DNA from: Deltaproteobacteria bacterium
GTDB lineage: Bacteria > Myxococcota_A > Polyangia > Polyangiales > Houyiibacteriaceae
Length of the DNA: 64,000 bases
Assembly (NCBI GenBank): GCA_034670305.1
Contig: JAXMNT010000004.1
Coordinates: 81,182-145,181 of the forward strand
Reading direction: 5' to 3'
The notes beneath the pieces were generated by a model that was given only the letters and a program-made list of their open reading frames with translations, was not told where the DNA came from and did no database searches. Position numbers and translations under genes: made by a program. Of the stretch, positions 38,642 to 49,417 are shown in pieces. Every line of letters starts with the position of its first letter. Positions within the stretch are counted from its first letter, which is position 1.

Positions 38642-40621
38642 CTAGAAGTCGACGCCCAAAATCAGACGAAGCGTCTGCGCGTTCTTCAGCCCGTTGAAGT
38701 CCGCCGGTGCAGCGCTGATGCCGCGGTACTCGGGGTAGTCGAGCCCGGCGAACGGGAAGAGGACGCCGTAGTTGAACTGGAGGTAGAACCCATCCATCGG
38801 ATCGGGGCCGTCTTCGCTCCGGTACGTGACCGTGAAGTCGAGCTCGAGGCCCAGATTCGGGTCGGAGCCGAATGCTTGCACCTCCTGCGCCGCCCGGCTG
38901 TACACCACGTCGACGCCCACGCTGAACAGCTGTCCGAACGGGCTTCGAATGATGTCGTACGAGATGCCCGGGCGCAGGTACCAGGCACCGCCGACTCGGC
39001 CGAGGATGTTCCGCCACAGGATCAGGTCGATCCGGTAGTTCGGATGCATCTGAAAGAGGCTGTTGGTGTCATCGCCCGTTATCTGGGCCAGGAGCGTGCC
39101 CTCCCCCAACCCGCCCATGTCGGCGTCACCGCTCGCGTAGCCCGTGTAGAGGCGAATGTTCAGCTTGTCGTCGAGGAGGCGGTACTCGCCCTCGAACGCG
39201 ATCGCGAACTGGCGGATCTTGAGGTCGTCCCGCACATACGAAGTGTTCTCAACGTTCTCGATCTGACCAGCGATCATGACCGCTTCGGCTTCCAGTCGAA
39301 GTCCGCCCATCAAGAACTGGCCCCACAAATCGGGGATGTATGCCCGGGCCTGGCGCCGGACGAAATAGTCGTCGGCGGAGCCAGCGAACGCCGTGTTCTG
39401 CCCCACAGAGCTCAGGCCCTGGCTTCGGTAGACGAAGTAGAAGCCGCCGTTGAGGACCCAGCTGCCCCGCTGGAGTCGGTCGCGTTGCTCTTCGGGATCC
39501 ATCCGCCTGGCGGCCGCGAACACGTACTGGCGGATGTCGTCCTTCGCCGTCGCGTCGTACGGAACCCCCCGAAGATCACCAAGTAGGTCACGCTGAATGC
39601 CCTGACCAGCGAAGTCCCAGGCAGCGACCAGGTGGATGCCCGCGAGTTTGGTGATCGCCATGATCCGATCGACGTCGCTGGACTGGTCCGCATCGATGCC
39701 CATGCCATCGTTGGCGAGGATGCCGAGACCCCAGTGGGAAGGCATGCGACCGAAACGCAACTGGCCGAGACCGCGGTTGGTCACCTCCGCCCAGGCATGG
39801 CGCACGTAGATGCTGTCCCGGGCGCTGTTGCGGTAGGACTGGGGCGGGTTCTGCCCGGCCGAAAAGCTGTCGATGGGAACGCCGGGGGACCGGACGTCGC
39901 TTTCGAAGAAGCCGTCGTCGTTCTGCTGGTAGGCGAGGCCATCGGGGGTGGAGCCCAGCACGAGGTTGTCGAACACGTCCAGGGTCATGCGGACCCGCAC
40001 GTCGTCGCTCAGCGAAAGGGTGGGCCGAAGACGCAGCCGCATGTTGGCAAACCGAAGACGGTCCGAGCCACCGCAGTTGTTGGGGTTGGCAGCGTCTCGA
40101 ACGCCGCCTGCTTCGGTCGGAACCGACTCTCCACAACCGCCCGCTGGCACGTAGTTCCGGTCGGCCGGGGTGAAGCGTGCGAACGGCGCGTCGCTTCGGC
40201 CCAAGAAGAAGCTGTCTTGGAGCTCGCCGCGGACGCGCATGTAGCCGTCGAGGGTCAGCACGCTCTGGGGGGCCGTCGCCGAGAAGCGGGTCGGGTCGGC
40301 GGAGGGCTGCGGGTCGGATTCCGGCGCGCTCTGGGCGAGCAGGTTCGAGTCGCCGGCCGCGTCGGTGCCCTCTTCTTCTTCGTCCCATCCGTCGTCGACG
40401 TCGACGTCCGGCATCTCGAGCTGAGGCGGACGAAGCTCGGGGTCGGCTTCCTCCTCCTCTTCTTCGTCTTCCTCTTCGTCCTCTTCGTCGATCGCTTCTT
40501 CCTCTTCCACTTCGGTTTCACCCGCGGCCGGGGGCTGCGCGAGGAGGGTGGAGGGAGAGAGCGTGGCGCCCCACGCGAGCGCGAGACCAAGGAGAAGAAG
40601 TCGGCGGGTTTCGAGAGTCAT
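38642..40621 (-). CDS. Myxobacterial outer-membrane beta-barrel protein (TIGR04551-like)
   Basis: LDGYMRVRGEL, ANMRLRLRPTL, DNLVLGSTP, GRMPSHWGLGILANDG, HPNYRIDLILWR; terminal Phe. Confidence 0.8.
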   Translation of the reverse strand: MTLETRRLLLLGLALAWGATLSPSTLLAQPPAAGETEVEEEEAIDEEDEEEDEEEEEEADPELRPPQLEMPDVDVDDGWDEEEEGTDAAGDSNLLAQSAPESDPQPSADPTRFSATAPQSVLTLDGYMRVRGELQDSFFLGRSDAPFARFTPADRNYVPAGGCGESVPTEAGGVRDAANPNNCGGSDRLRFANMRLRLRPTLSLSDDVRVRMTLDVFDNLVLGSTPDGLAYQQNDDGFFESDVRSPGVPIDSFSAGQNPPQSYRNSARDSIYVRHAWAEVTNRGLGQLRFGRMPSHWGLGILANDGMGIDADQSSDVDRIMAITKLAGIHLVAAWDFAGQGIQRDLLGDLRGVPYDATAKDDIRQYVFAAARRMDPEEQRDRLQRGSWVLNGGFYFVYRSQGLSSVGQNTAFAGSADDYFVRRQARAYIPDLWGQFLMGGLRLEAEAVMIAGQIENVENTSYVRDDLKIRQFAIAFEGEYRLLDDKLNIRLYTGYASGDADMGGLGEGTLLAQITGDDTNSLFQMHPNYRIDLILWRNILGRVGGAWYLRPGISYDIIRSPFGQLFSVGVDVVYSRAAQEVQAFGSDPNLGLELDFTVTYRSEDGPDPMDGFYLQFNYGVLFPFAGLDYPEYRGISAAPADFNGLKNAQTLRLILGVDF

Positions 40622-40824
40622 GATGCTCCAACACCTCCTGGGGAGGAGGGCGGCGAGGGGCGTAACACGTCGGATCCGGCGAGACCAGGTGCGAACTCAT
40701 GGAGATCGACCTCACAAGGCCTGCCAGGATTTCTGAGGGTGGGGTTTGGGCGCCCCGAGACTAACGGGCACAGAACACCCGAGCCTTGCTTGTGTTTCGG
40801 ACATCGCGTGCGAAGGTGCCCGCC

Positions 40825-42471
40825 ATGTCGAGTGAAACGTTGACCTTGGTCCCCTACGGCGGCCTCGGCGAAGTCGGTATGAATGCGATGACCCTTGAAA
40901 TATCGGGGGTTCGGGTGATGCTCGACTGCGGGGTGACGTTCCCCGGGGGCGTTCTCGGCGTGGACATCGACCATCCGCGGTTCGACCACGTGTTGGCGGC
41001 GCCGAACGCGCTCCACGCGATCCTCATCACCCACGGCCACGAAGATCACATCGGCGCCCTGCCCTTCCTGCTTCGGGCGATCCGCCCCAAGCGCGACCAG
41101 CCCCTCCCGGTCTACGGCCCGCCCTACGCGCTCAAGCTCATCGAGCGCCGCCTCGAAGAACACCGGATGGCGCTGCCGCCGATGATCGCCACCGAGGTGG
41201 GCAAGAAGTTCGAGGTCGGCCCCTTCGAGGTCGAACCCTTCCAGGTGAACCACTCGATCCCGGACTCCACCGGCCTCATCCTGCGCACCCCGGCCGGCAC
41301 GATCGTGCACAGCGGCGACTTCAAGATCGAGAAGCGCCCGGTCGACGATCGCCCCTTCGGCCACGACGCGCTCCGCAAGGCGGCCGACGAAGGCATCGAT
41401 CTCCTGATGAGCGACTCGACCAACATCGACGTCGAAGGCCACACCGGTGAAGAAGCCGACGTGAGCCCCGTGATCCAGCAGATCATGGCCGACGCCCAGC
41501 ACCGGGTGATCGTCGCGCAGTTCGCGTCGAACGTGTACCGCATGCGCGCGGTCTTCGACGCCGCCCGCGCCCATGGCCGCAAGGTCTGTCTGCTCGGTCG
41601 CAGCGTGCGCAACCACGCGGAGATCGCCCGCAGCCTCGGCTTCCTCGATGGGGTGGACGATCTGCTGGTCGAACCCGACGACGCGATGAAGATGGCCCGC
41701 CACAAGGTGTGCGCGATCGCGACCGGCACCCAAGGCGAAGGTGCCGCGGCGCTCTCCCGACTCACCCGCGACGACCACCCGTACTTCCAGATCGAAGAAG
41801 GCGACACGGTCGTGTTCTCCTCGCGGGTCATTCCCGGCATGGAGAAGAAGGTCTTCGGCCTCCAGAACGACCTCGAGCGCAAAGGCATCCGCGTCATCCA
41901 CCGCCGCACCAACGAAGGCGTGCACGTGAGCGGCCACGCGGCGCGCGGCGAGCAGCGCGATCTCATCGAGCTGTGCAAACCCCGGGCGTTCCTCCCCGTG
42001 CACGGCACCTACCACCACCTCAAGCGCCACGCCGACCTCGGCGAGTCCTGCGGCGTGCCGAGCCTCGCGGTCGAGAACGGCAGCGTGCTCGAGCTGACCG
42101 ACGGCGTCTTGAAGAAGACCGGCGAAGTGCTCTCCGGCCGCGTGCACATCCAGCGTGGTGAAGAGGTCGACGAGAGCCAGCTCAAAGACCGCGCGCTCCT
42201 GAGCGAGCTCGGCCACGCCATCGTCGCGTTCGTCCGCGTCGGTCGCCGCTTCGAAGTCGACGTCGCCACCCGCGGCGCCCTTCGCCCGGACATCGAAGAA
42301 GACGTCCTCGACCAACTCGCCGACTGGGTCCGCCAAGACCTCGGCCGCGCCGACAGCCAAGACCTCGACGTCCTCGAAGACGCCGCCCGCCGAAGCGTCC
42401 GCCGCTTCTTCGGCAAAAAGTTCCGCCGCAAGCCCCTCGTCACCGTGCTCGGCCTAGACCAAAGCCGCTAA
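40825..42471 (+). CDS. rnj: Ribonuclease J
   Basis: [35 protein letters not shown] and PVHG motifs. Confidence 0.95.
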   Translation: MSSETLTLVPYGGLGEVGMNAMTLEISGVRVMLDCGVTFPGGVLGVDIDHPRFDHVLAAPNALHAILITHGHEDHIGALPFLLRAIRPKRDQPLPVYGPPYALKLIERRLEEHRMALPPMIATEVGKKFEVGPFEVEPFQVNHSIPDSTGLILRTPAGTIVHSGDFKIEKRPVDDRPFGHDALRKAADEGIDLLMSDSTNIDVEGHTGEEADVSPVIQQIMADAQHRVIVAQFASNVYRMRAVFDAARAHGRKVCLLGRSVRNHAEIARSLGFLDGVDDLLVEPDDAMKMARHKVCAIATGTQGEGAAALSRLTRDDHPYFQIEEGDTVVFSSRVIPGMEKKVFGLQNDLERKGIRVIHRRTNEGVHVSGHAARGEQRDLIELCKPRAFLPVHGTYHHLKRHADLGESCGVPSLAVENGSVLELTDGVLKKTGEVLSGRVHIQRGEEVDESQLKDRALLSELGHAIVAFVRVGRRFEVDVATRGALRPDIEEDVLDQLADWVRQDLGRADSQDLDVLEDAARRSVRRFFGKKFRRKPLVTVLGLDQSR

Positions 42472-42472
42472 G

Positions 42473-42730
42473 CGGCTTCGGTTTCGGGATCGGCGTCGGA
42501 TTTCGGCGTCGGATTTCGGCGTCGGATTTCGGCGTCGGGTTCGGCATCGGCATCGGCTTCGGCTTCGGCTTCGGCTTCGGCTTCGGGATCGGCTTCGGGA
42601 TCGGCATCGGCATCGGCATCGGCATCGGCGTCGGCTTCGGCTTCGGCTTCGGCTTCGGCATCGGCATCGGCTTCGGCTTCGGCTTCGGCGTCGGCTTCGG
42701 CTTCGGATTCGGCTTCGGCTTCGGGGGTCG
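42473..42730. repeat. TCGGCN array (includes CGGCGTCGGATTT 13-mers) between convergent genes
   Basis: Directly visible. Confidence 0.95.
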
Positions 42731-42740
42731 GCTCGAATCC

Positions 42741-44135
42741 TCACCGCGCCCGAACCGTCACCTCGTTCCCATCCCGCACCGCACGAAGCCCGCGCGCCCG
42801 CCCCACCGCCTGCGCCAACGTCCCAGCGTGTTCCTCGCTTTCGACGGTCAGCGTCCACGAGAACCCCTGCCCGTCCTCCGCCGGAACGAACACATCCCCC
42901 CGCCAATACGAAGCAAGCACGCGCGGCGCGTCTTCCCCGTGCTCGAGCAGGAAGGACCAAACCGCCAGCTCCCCCAGCGAATCGGGAGCGACGGCGGAGG
43001 CCGCCGCTGCTGAAGCTCTTGCTGCGGTTCCTGTCTCTGTTGCTGCCGCTGTCTCTGTTGCTGCCGCTGTCTCTGTTGCTGCCGCTGTCTCTGTTGCTGC
43101 CGCTGTCTCTGTTGCTGCCGCTGTCTCTGTTGCTGCCGCTGTCTCTGCCGCTGTCTCTGTTGCTGCCGCTGTCTCTGCCGCTGTCTCTGTTGCTGCCGCT
43201 GTCTCTGTTGCTGCGTCTGCTTCTGTCTCTGACTCTGAGTCTGTCTCCGCCTCTGTCTCCGCCGCAGCCGCTCTCTCCGCCGCCACCGCCGCGGCCGCGT
43301 CCACCGCCGCGTCCGTCGGCCCGTGCAGAATCTCGGACATCGTCCCCGGCGGCCGCCCATACGCCTGGTTCACCGCGACCCACCCGCCCCGTTCCCGCAG
43401 ACGCCGCACGTAGGGCGCGCCATACGCGTACGGCGCGACCAAGCCGAGCCGGACGATGTGGGGCGCGGAGTGCAACGGGTGGTCGTCGCCGAGCTCGAAC
43501 GCACCGGCCCGCGCATCGACGAGCACGCTCGCTTCGCCTTCGATCAAACAGCGGAGCGCGAGTTTGGCGTCGCTGGTCGTGGCGGCGTCGTCGAGCGCGC
43601 TGAGATCGAAGTGCTGGTCGACGAGCGCGTGGGTGAGTTCGTGCATGAGCACGCTCTCCGGATGGTCGCGCCCTGCGGCGTCGCCAATCCGCCCGAACAC
43701 GTCCGACCGCACGACGAGCTCCTCCGCCCGCGGGTCGTAGTACCCGAGCACCGCGTCCGAGAGATCCCCGAAGTCGACCTCGTAGTCCTCCGGAAGCAGG
43801 CCGAGCGCCTGGTACGTCCGGACCCGGCGGGCCTGCGCGACCGGATCTTGCGCCGCGCCAAGCCGCTCCCCCATCTCGCGCCGGGTCACGGTGACGGCGC
43901 GGACGGGTCGCAGGAAGCGGAGTTCGCGCCGGCGCTCGACCTCGCGGGCGAGGCGATCGATGCGGCCGGCATGGATCGCAGCCAGCCCAACACCGTGCCG
44001 CATCGCGGGCGAGGGGGTGTCCGAGGTGACTTCGCGGCGAACGAACTGGGCGGGGTCGGTGGGTTGCGGCGGGGTGGCGGCCGGGGGGCACCCCAGCAGC
44101 AAACAGATCCCCAGCCACCCGTATCGTGTTGCCAC
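42741..44135 (-). CDS. Lipoprotein, putative gluzincin metallopeptidase
   Basis: LLLGC lipobox; [19 protein letters not shown] and LIEGEA motifs; internal ETAAAT repeats. Confidence 0.72.
   Translation of the reverse strand: MATRYGWLGICLLLGCPPAATPPQPTDPAQFVRREVTSDTPSPAMRHGVGLAAIHAGRIDRLAREVERRRELRFLRPVRAVTVTRREMGERLGAAQDPVAQARRVRTYQALGLLPEDYEVDFGDLSDAVLGYYDPRAEELVVRSDVFGRIGDAAGRDHPESVLMHELTHALVDQHFDLSALDDAATTSDAKLALRCLIEGEASVLVDARAGAFELGDDHPLHSAPHIVRLGLVAPYAYGAPYVRRLRERGGWVAVNQAYGRPPGTMSEILHGPTDAAVDAAAAVAAERAAAAETEAETDSESETEADAATETAAATETAAETAAATETAAETAAATETAAATETAAATETAAATETAAATETAAATETGTAARASAAAASAVAPDSLGELAVWSFLLEHGEDAPRVLASYWRGDVFVPAEDGQGFSWTLTVESEEHAGTLAQAVGRARGLRAVRDGNEVTVRAR
43022..43270. 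repeat. 18-bp (3x6) tandem repeat CTGTCTCTGTTGCTGCCG, in frame (TETAAA)n
   Basis: Directly visible. Confidence 0.93.
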
Positions 44136-44179
44136 CCCAAAGAGATACGACGAACCGGATCAGATGGCAGCATTTCGGG

Positions 44180-44495
44180 CCCGACGCCGAAGCCGAAGCC
44201 GAAGCCGAAGCCGAAGCCGAAGCCGAAGCCGAAGCCGACCCCGAAGCCGAAGCCGACGCCGAAGCCGAAGCCGACTCCGAAGCCGACGCCGAAGCCGAAG
44301 CCGACTCCGAGGCCGAAGCCGACTCCGAAGCCGAAGCCGACTCCGAAGCCGACCCCGAACCCGAAGCCGAACCCGAAGCCGAACCCGAAGCCGAAGCCGA
44401 AGCCGAAGCCGACTCCGAAGCCGAACCCCGACCCCGACACCGAAGCCGAAGCCGAAGGCCGAGGCCTAGGACGCCGAGGCCTGGGACGCCGAGGC
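44180..44495. repeat. GCCGAA/GCCGAC/TCCGAA array followed by GCCGAGGCCT[A/G]GGAC 15-mers, upstream of tig
   Basis: Directly visible. Confidence 0.95.
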
Positions 44496-44665
44496 CGCCC
44501 ATCCGGCCCGAAAGCCGCGCGGCCCCTGCCGTTGCGCTGGCGCTCATCCCATCAATGCGGTTGCGCGGACGGGGGGAGAGAAGTACGACCGGCGCCCGTT
44601 CCGGACGCTCGCCACACCCTTTTGTGCTGGCAACTGGCATTGCCGGACGTAGGAGAGTGGTACCC

Positions 44666-46186
44666 GTGCAGTCCGAGGTCAGCGAGATCAGCCCCATCCA
44701 GGTCGAGATCAAAGTTCAGGTCCCCTGGGATCGAGTGAAGAAATCCCTCGACCAGAACTTCGCGCGTCTCGCCAAGACGGCGAAGGTGCGCGGGTTCCGG
44801 CCCGGCAAGGTGCCCCGCCACGTCATCAAGAAGCTGTACGGCCAGGCCGTCAAAGCCGAGGTGACCGGGACCATCATTCAAGAAGGTCTGCTGGACGCGT
44901 TCAACAAACACGAGCTGCCGGTCGTGGCCCAGCCCGAGGTCACCCCGCCCCCGATCCTGGACGGGGAGGACTACCACTTCACCGCCAAGGTCGAAGTCCG
45001 CCCGACCATCGACTCCGTCAACCTGGACGGCCTCAAGATCGTGCGCCCGAACGCCGAGGTCGAGGACGCTGCCGTCGACGCCGAGCTCGCCCGGATGCAG
45101 AAGCAGCAGGCCGAAGTACAAGAGCCGGAGCCGATGCGCCCCGCCATCAAGGGCGACCGGGTCACCATCGACTACCAGGTCTCGGTCGACGGCAAGGTGA
45201 ACCCCTCGATGGGCGCCGAAGGCCGCGACGTGGACCTCGGCGACGAAGGGCTCAACCCCGAGTTCGACGCGGGCCTGCTCGGAGTGGTGCCCGGCGACGT
45301 GAAGTCGATCGACGTCTCGTTCCCCGAAGACCACCACCACGAGGATCTCCGCGGCAAAACCGCGACGTTCGAGATCACCGTGCACTCGCTCCGCGAGGTG
45401 GTGCTGCCCGAGATCGACGACGAGTTCGCGAAAGACGCGGGTGAGTTCGAGACCCTGCTCGAGCTGCGGCTCGACGTGCGCAAGCACCTGCAAGACCTCG
45501 CCGACCGCCGCTCCGCCAGCGAGCTGCGCGATGGGCTGGTCGAGGCCGTCGTCGCCCTGAACGACATCCCTGTCCCGCCGACCATGGTCAAAGAGCAGAA
45601 GCAGCAGATGCTGATGCAGATGGTGCAGTTCGCGCAGATGACGGGTCAGCAGCTCGGCGACTTCTCCGAGCTCGACGGCCGCGCCGAGAAGCGTGTCCGC
45701 GCCGGCCTCGTCCTGAGCGCGCTCGCGCGCCAAGAGAAGATCGAAGTCAGCGAAGAAGACGTCGCCGCGAAGTTCGCCGAGATCGCAGAGTCGACCGGCA
45801 AACACATCGCCAAGGTGAAGGTCGAGTATGCGGGCGAGAAGCGCGATCGGCTCGAGCAGACGATCATGGAAGACCGCATCTTCGCGTTCCTCAAGGAGAA
45901 GGCGGAGTTCGTGGACGCGCTGCCGGAGGGCGACGCGGCCGAGGCGAAGTCCGAGGACAAGCCGAAGAAGGCTGCGAGCAAGAAGCCGAAGGCCGCCAAG
46001 GCGAAAGCCGACGACGCCGAACCGGCGGAAGCCGCGCCCAAGAAGAAGGCCGCCGCCAAGAAAGCCGCGCCCAAGAAGGCCGCGCCCAAGAAGGCCGCGC
46101 CCAAGAAGGCCGCGCCCAAGAAGGCCGCCAAGAAAGCCGCCCCGAAGAAGGCCACGAAGAAGGCCGCCAAGAAGAAGTCCGACTGA
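44666..46186 (+). CDS. tig: Trigger factor with KKAAP-repeat tail
   Basis: GFRPGKVP signature, FKBP domain, [10 protein letters not shown]; GTG start with AGGAG upstream; lies upstream of clpP. Confidence 0.95.
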   Translation: MQSEVSEISPIQVEIKVQVPWDRVKKSLDQNFARLAKTAKVRGFRPGKVPRHVIKKLYGQAVKAEVTGTIIQEGLLDAFNKHELPVVAQPEVTPPPILDGEDYHFTAKVEVRPTIDSVNLDGLKIVRPNAEVEDAAVDAELARMQKQQAEVQEPEPMRPAIKGDRVTIDYQVSVDGKVNPSMGAEGRDVDLGDEGLNPEFDAGLLGVVPGDVKSIDVSFPEDHHHEDLRGKTATFEITVHSLREVVLPEIDDEFAKDAGEFETLLELRLDVRKHLQDLADRRSASELRDGLVEAVVALNDIPVPPTMVKEQKQQMLMQMVQFAQMTGQQLGDFSELDGRAEKRVRAGLVLSALARQEKIEVSEEDVAAKFAEIAESTGKHIAKVKVEYAGEKRDRLEQTIMEDRIFAFLKEKAEFVDALPEGDAAEAKSEDKPKKAASKKPKAAKAKADDAEPAEAAPKKKAAAKKAAPKKAAPKKAAPKKAAPKKAAKKAAPKKATKKAAKKKSD

Positions 46187-46245
46187 CCCGGCCCCGGCTC
46201 CGTGAAAACGGAGTTGAAGCCGACAATCAATGGTAGAGGTAGAGC

Positions 46246-46851
46246 ATGTACGTCCCCGTCGTCGTAGAGCAGACCCACCGCGGTGAGCGCACCTGGGGCC
46301 TCTTCAGCCGCCTGCTGAAGGACCGCATCATCTTCCTCGGCAGCGAGATCGACGACGAGGTCGCCAACGGCGTCATCGCGCAGATGCTGGTGCTCGAGAG
46401 CGAAGATCCCGACAAGGAGATCACGCTCTACATCAACAGCCCGGGCGGCTCGGTCACGGCCGGTCTCGCGATCTACGACACCATGCAGTACGTGCGCTGC
46501 CCGGTCGCCACCGTCTGCCTCGGACAGGCCGCTTCGATGGGCGCATGGCTGCTCGCCTCCGGCTCGGCCGGCCTCCGCCGCGCGCTGCCCAACAGCAAGA
46601 TCATGATCCACCAGCCCCTCGGTGGCATCAGCGGCCAGGCGACGGACATCGAGATCCACGCCAACGAGATCCTCAAGCTGCGCTCCTGGATGAACGACAT
46701 CATGGCGAAGCACACCGGCAAAACCGCCGAGGTCATCGCCGCGGACACCGAACGCGACCGCTACCTCACCGCCGAAGAAGCGCTCGAGTACGGCGTGGTC
46801 GACGAAGTCGTCCCCCCCCGCAAAGCCCACGCCTTCCCCTCTGCGAAGTAG
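46246..46851 (+). CDS. clpP: ATP-dependent Clp protease proteolytic subunit
   Basis: [28 protein letters not shown] and IMIHQPLGG motifs. Confidence 0.98.
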   Translation: MYVPVVVEQTHRGERTWGLFSRLLKDRIIFLGSEIDDEVANGVIAQMLVLESEDPDKEITLYINSPGGSVTAGLAIYDTMQYVRCPVATVCLGQAASMGAWLLASGSAGLRRALPNSKIMIHQPLGGISGQATDIEIHANEILKLRSWMNDIMAKHTGKTAEVIAADTERDRYLTAEEALEYGVVDEVVPPRKAHAFPSAK

Positions 46852-46904
46852 CGCCTTCGCGGACGCGGGTAGCGGAGCGCCCACGGGACGCTCCGCCGCC
46901 CAGG

Positions 46905-47205
46905 CTACCCGCGACTGAGCTTGAACAACATCGCGCAGACGTGGTCCGCGAGGTCGTAGACGTCCTCCCCCACGTCCACGTACCCCATCACCCCCGCGAC
47001 TTGAAGAGCCGCCTTCACCTCGCGCGCTTCGCCAAGCGCGCGGGAGAACCCGTCGGGGTTCCGTCCGCCCCTCGCACTCCGAGACTCCGCTATCAAAAGC
47101 GGCACCGCCTGTGCCGCCCGCCGCAGCGACTTCAGCGAAGCCTCGCGAATGCGAGGCAGAACCTCGCGTACGAGCACGAAGGAGCGACTTGTCGAATACC
47201 AGCAT
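46905..47205 (-). pseudogene. Frameshifted four-helix-bundle protein (23S rRNA-IVS/TIGR02436-like; Avd structural family)
   Basis: GGGAGG-N5-ATG at 47205 gives MLVFDKSL, then a one-base frame change to [13 protein letters not shown]...[14 protein letters not shown]...[18 protein letters not shown]...[11 protein letters not shown]; span is 301 nt. Confidence 0.72.
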
Positions 47206-47246
47206 GTTGACCTCCCGGTCGTTGCGCCGAGCGTGAACTCGCCCGA

Positions 47247-47375
47247 GGGCGCGAAGCGCCCCCAGCTGTCGGCGGGGTGGCGGGTCAAGGACGAGCAAGC
47301 GCGAAGCGCGCCAGCGAAGCGGCGGGCATCCCGCCGGGCCGAAGGCCTCCTTGAGGCGCCGCCTCGCCGACAGCT
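47247..47375. other. Multi-branched palindromic element with GAA-triloop mini-hairpins
   Basis: 28-nt arms 47264-47291/47348-47375 enclose GCGCGAAGCGC, GCGAAGC, GGCGGG-CAT-CCCGCC and GGCCGAAGGCC; GGGCGCGAAGCGCCC lies just outside. Confidence 0.85.
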
Positions 47376-47463
47376 ACGCTGGACCATCCATCGGGCCACC
47401 CACCTCCACGAGGAGGGGCGCAGACTGGAGGCTGAGGTTCTGCGTCGGCTTCGGCGGGCTTGC

Positions 47464-47815
47464 GTCGGCATCGGCGTCGGCGTCGGTTTCGGTTTCGGTT
47501 TCGGTTTCGGTTTCGGTTTCGGTTTCGGCGTCGGGCATCGGCATCGGCTTCGGCATCGGCTTCGGCTTCGGCATCGGCTTCGGCTTCGGCATCGGCTTCG
47601 GCATCGGCGTCGGCTTCGGCTCGGCGTGGGCTTCGGCTTCGGCGTCGGCTTCGGCGTGGGCTTCGGCTTCGGCATCGGCTTCGGCTTCGGCTTCGGCTTC
47701 GGCGTCGGCTTCGGCGTCGGCTTCGGCGTCGGCTTCGGCGTCGACTGCTTTGGGATCGGCGTCGACTTTCGAGGGCACCAGCACCAGCACCAGCACCAGC
47801 ACCAGCACCAGCACC
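47464..47815. repeat. TCGGNN array (47464-47745) plus (GCACCA)n (47775-47815) between clpP and clpX
   Basis: Directly visible. Confidence 0.95.
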
Positions 47816-48044
47816 CACGGCCCGCCCTGTCCCGTCTGAGCAGCCCGTGCGTTTTCGCGTCCAGCCCCGCCTGGCGCCCCGCCCCGGAAAGATCGTCCAG
47901 GGACTGGCGCGGCCCCGAACCCCTTGGCTATTCTCCCGCTCCGGGGGCTGCTGGGCGTGAGCAGTCTCCCACTCCAAACCGGTCGGGGGGCCTCGGTGGT
48001 TCTCCCGGCTCGACGCAACCCCCCAGAAGCACTAGGTAGATCCG

Positions 48045-49295
<1,251 letters not shown>

Positions 49296-49417
49296 GCGCC
49301 CGCCGACGGCCCTCCCCCACCGACCCAGTTCGGTGAATGGGCACCTCTTGTCGGCGTCCTGCTTGCGACCCACTTCATCTGTTCAACACACACGTGGCCA
49401 CGGGGCCGGGAGCTTGG

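Noticed and set aside
46905-47815. Diversity-generating retroelement
   Set aside because: Only an Avd-fold-like gene is present; I found no reverse transcriptase and no TR/VR pair differing at adenines in the window.
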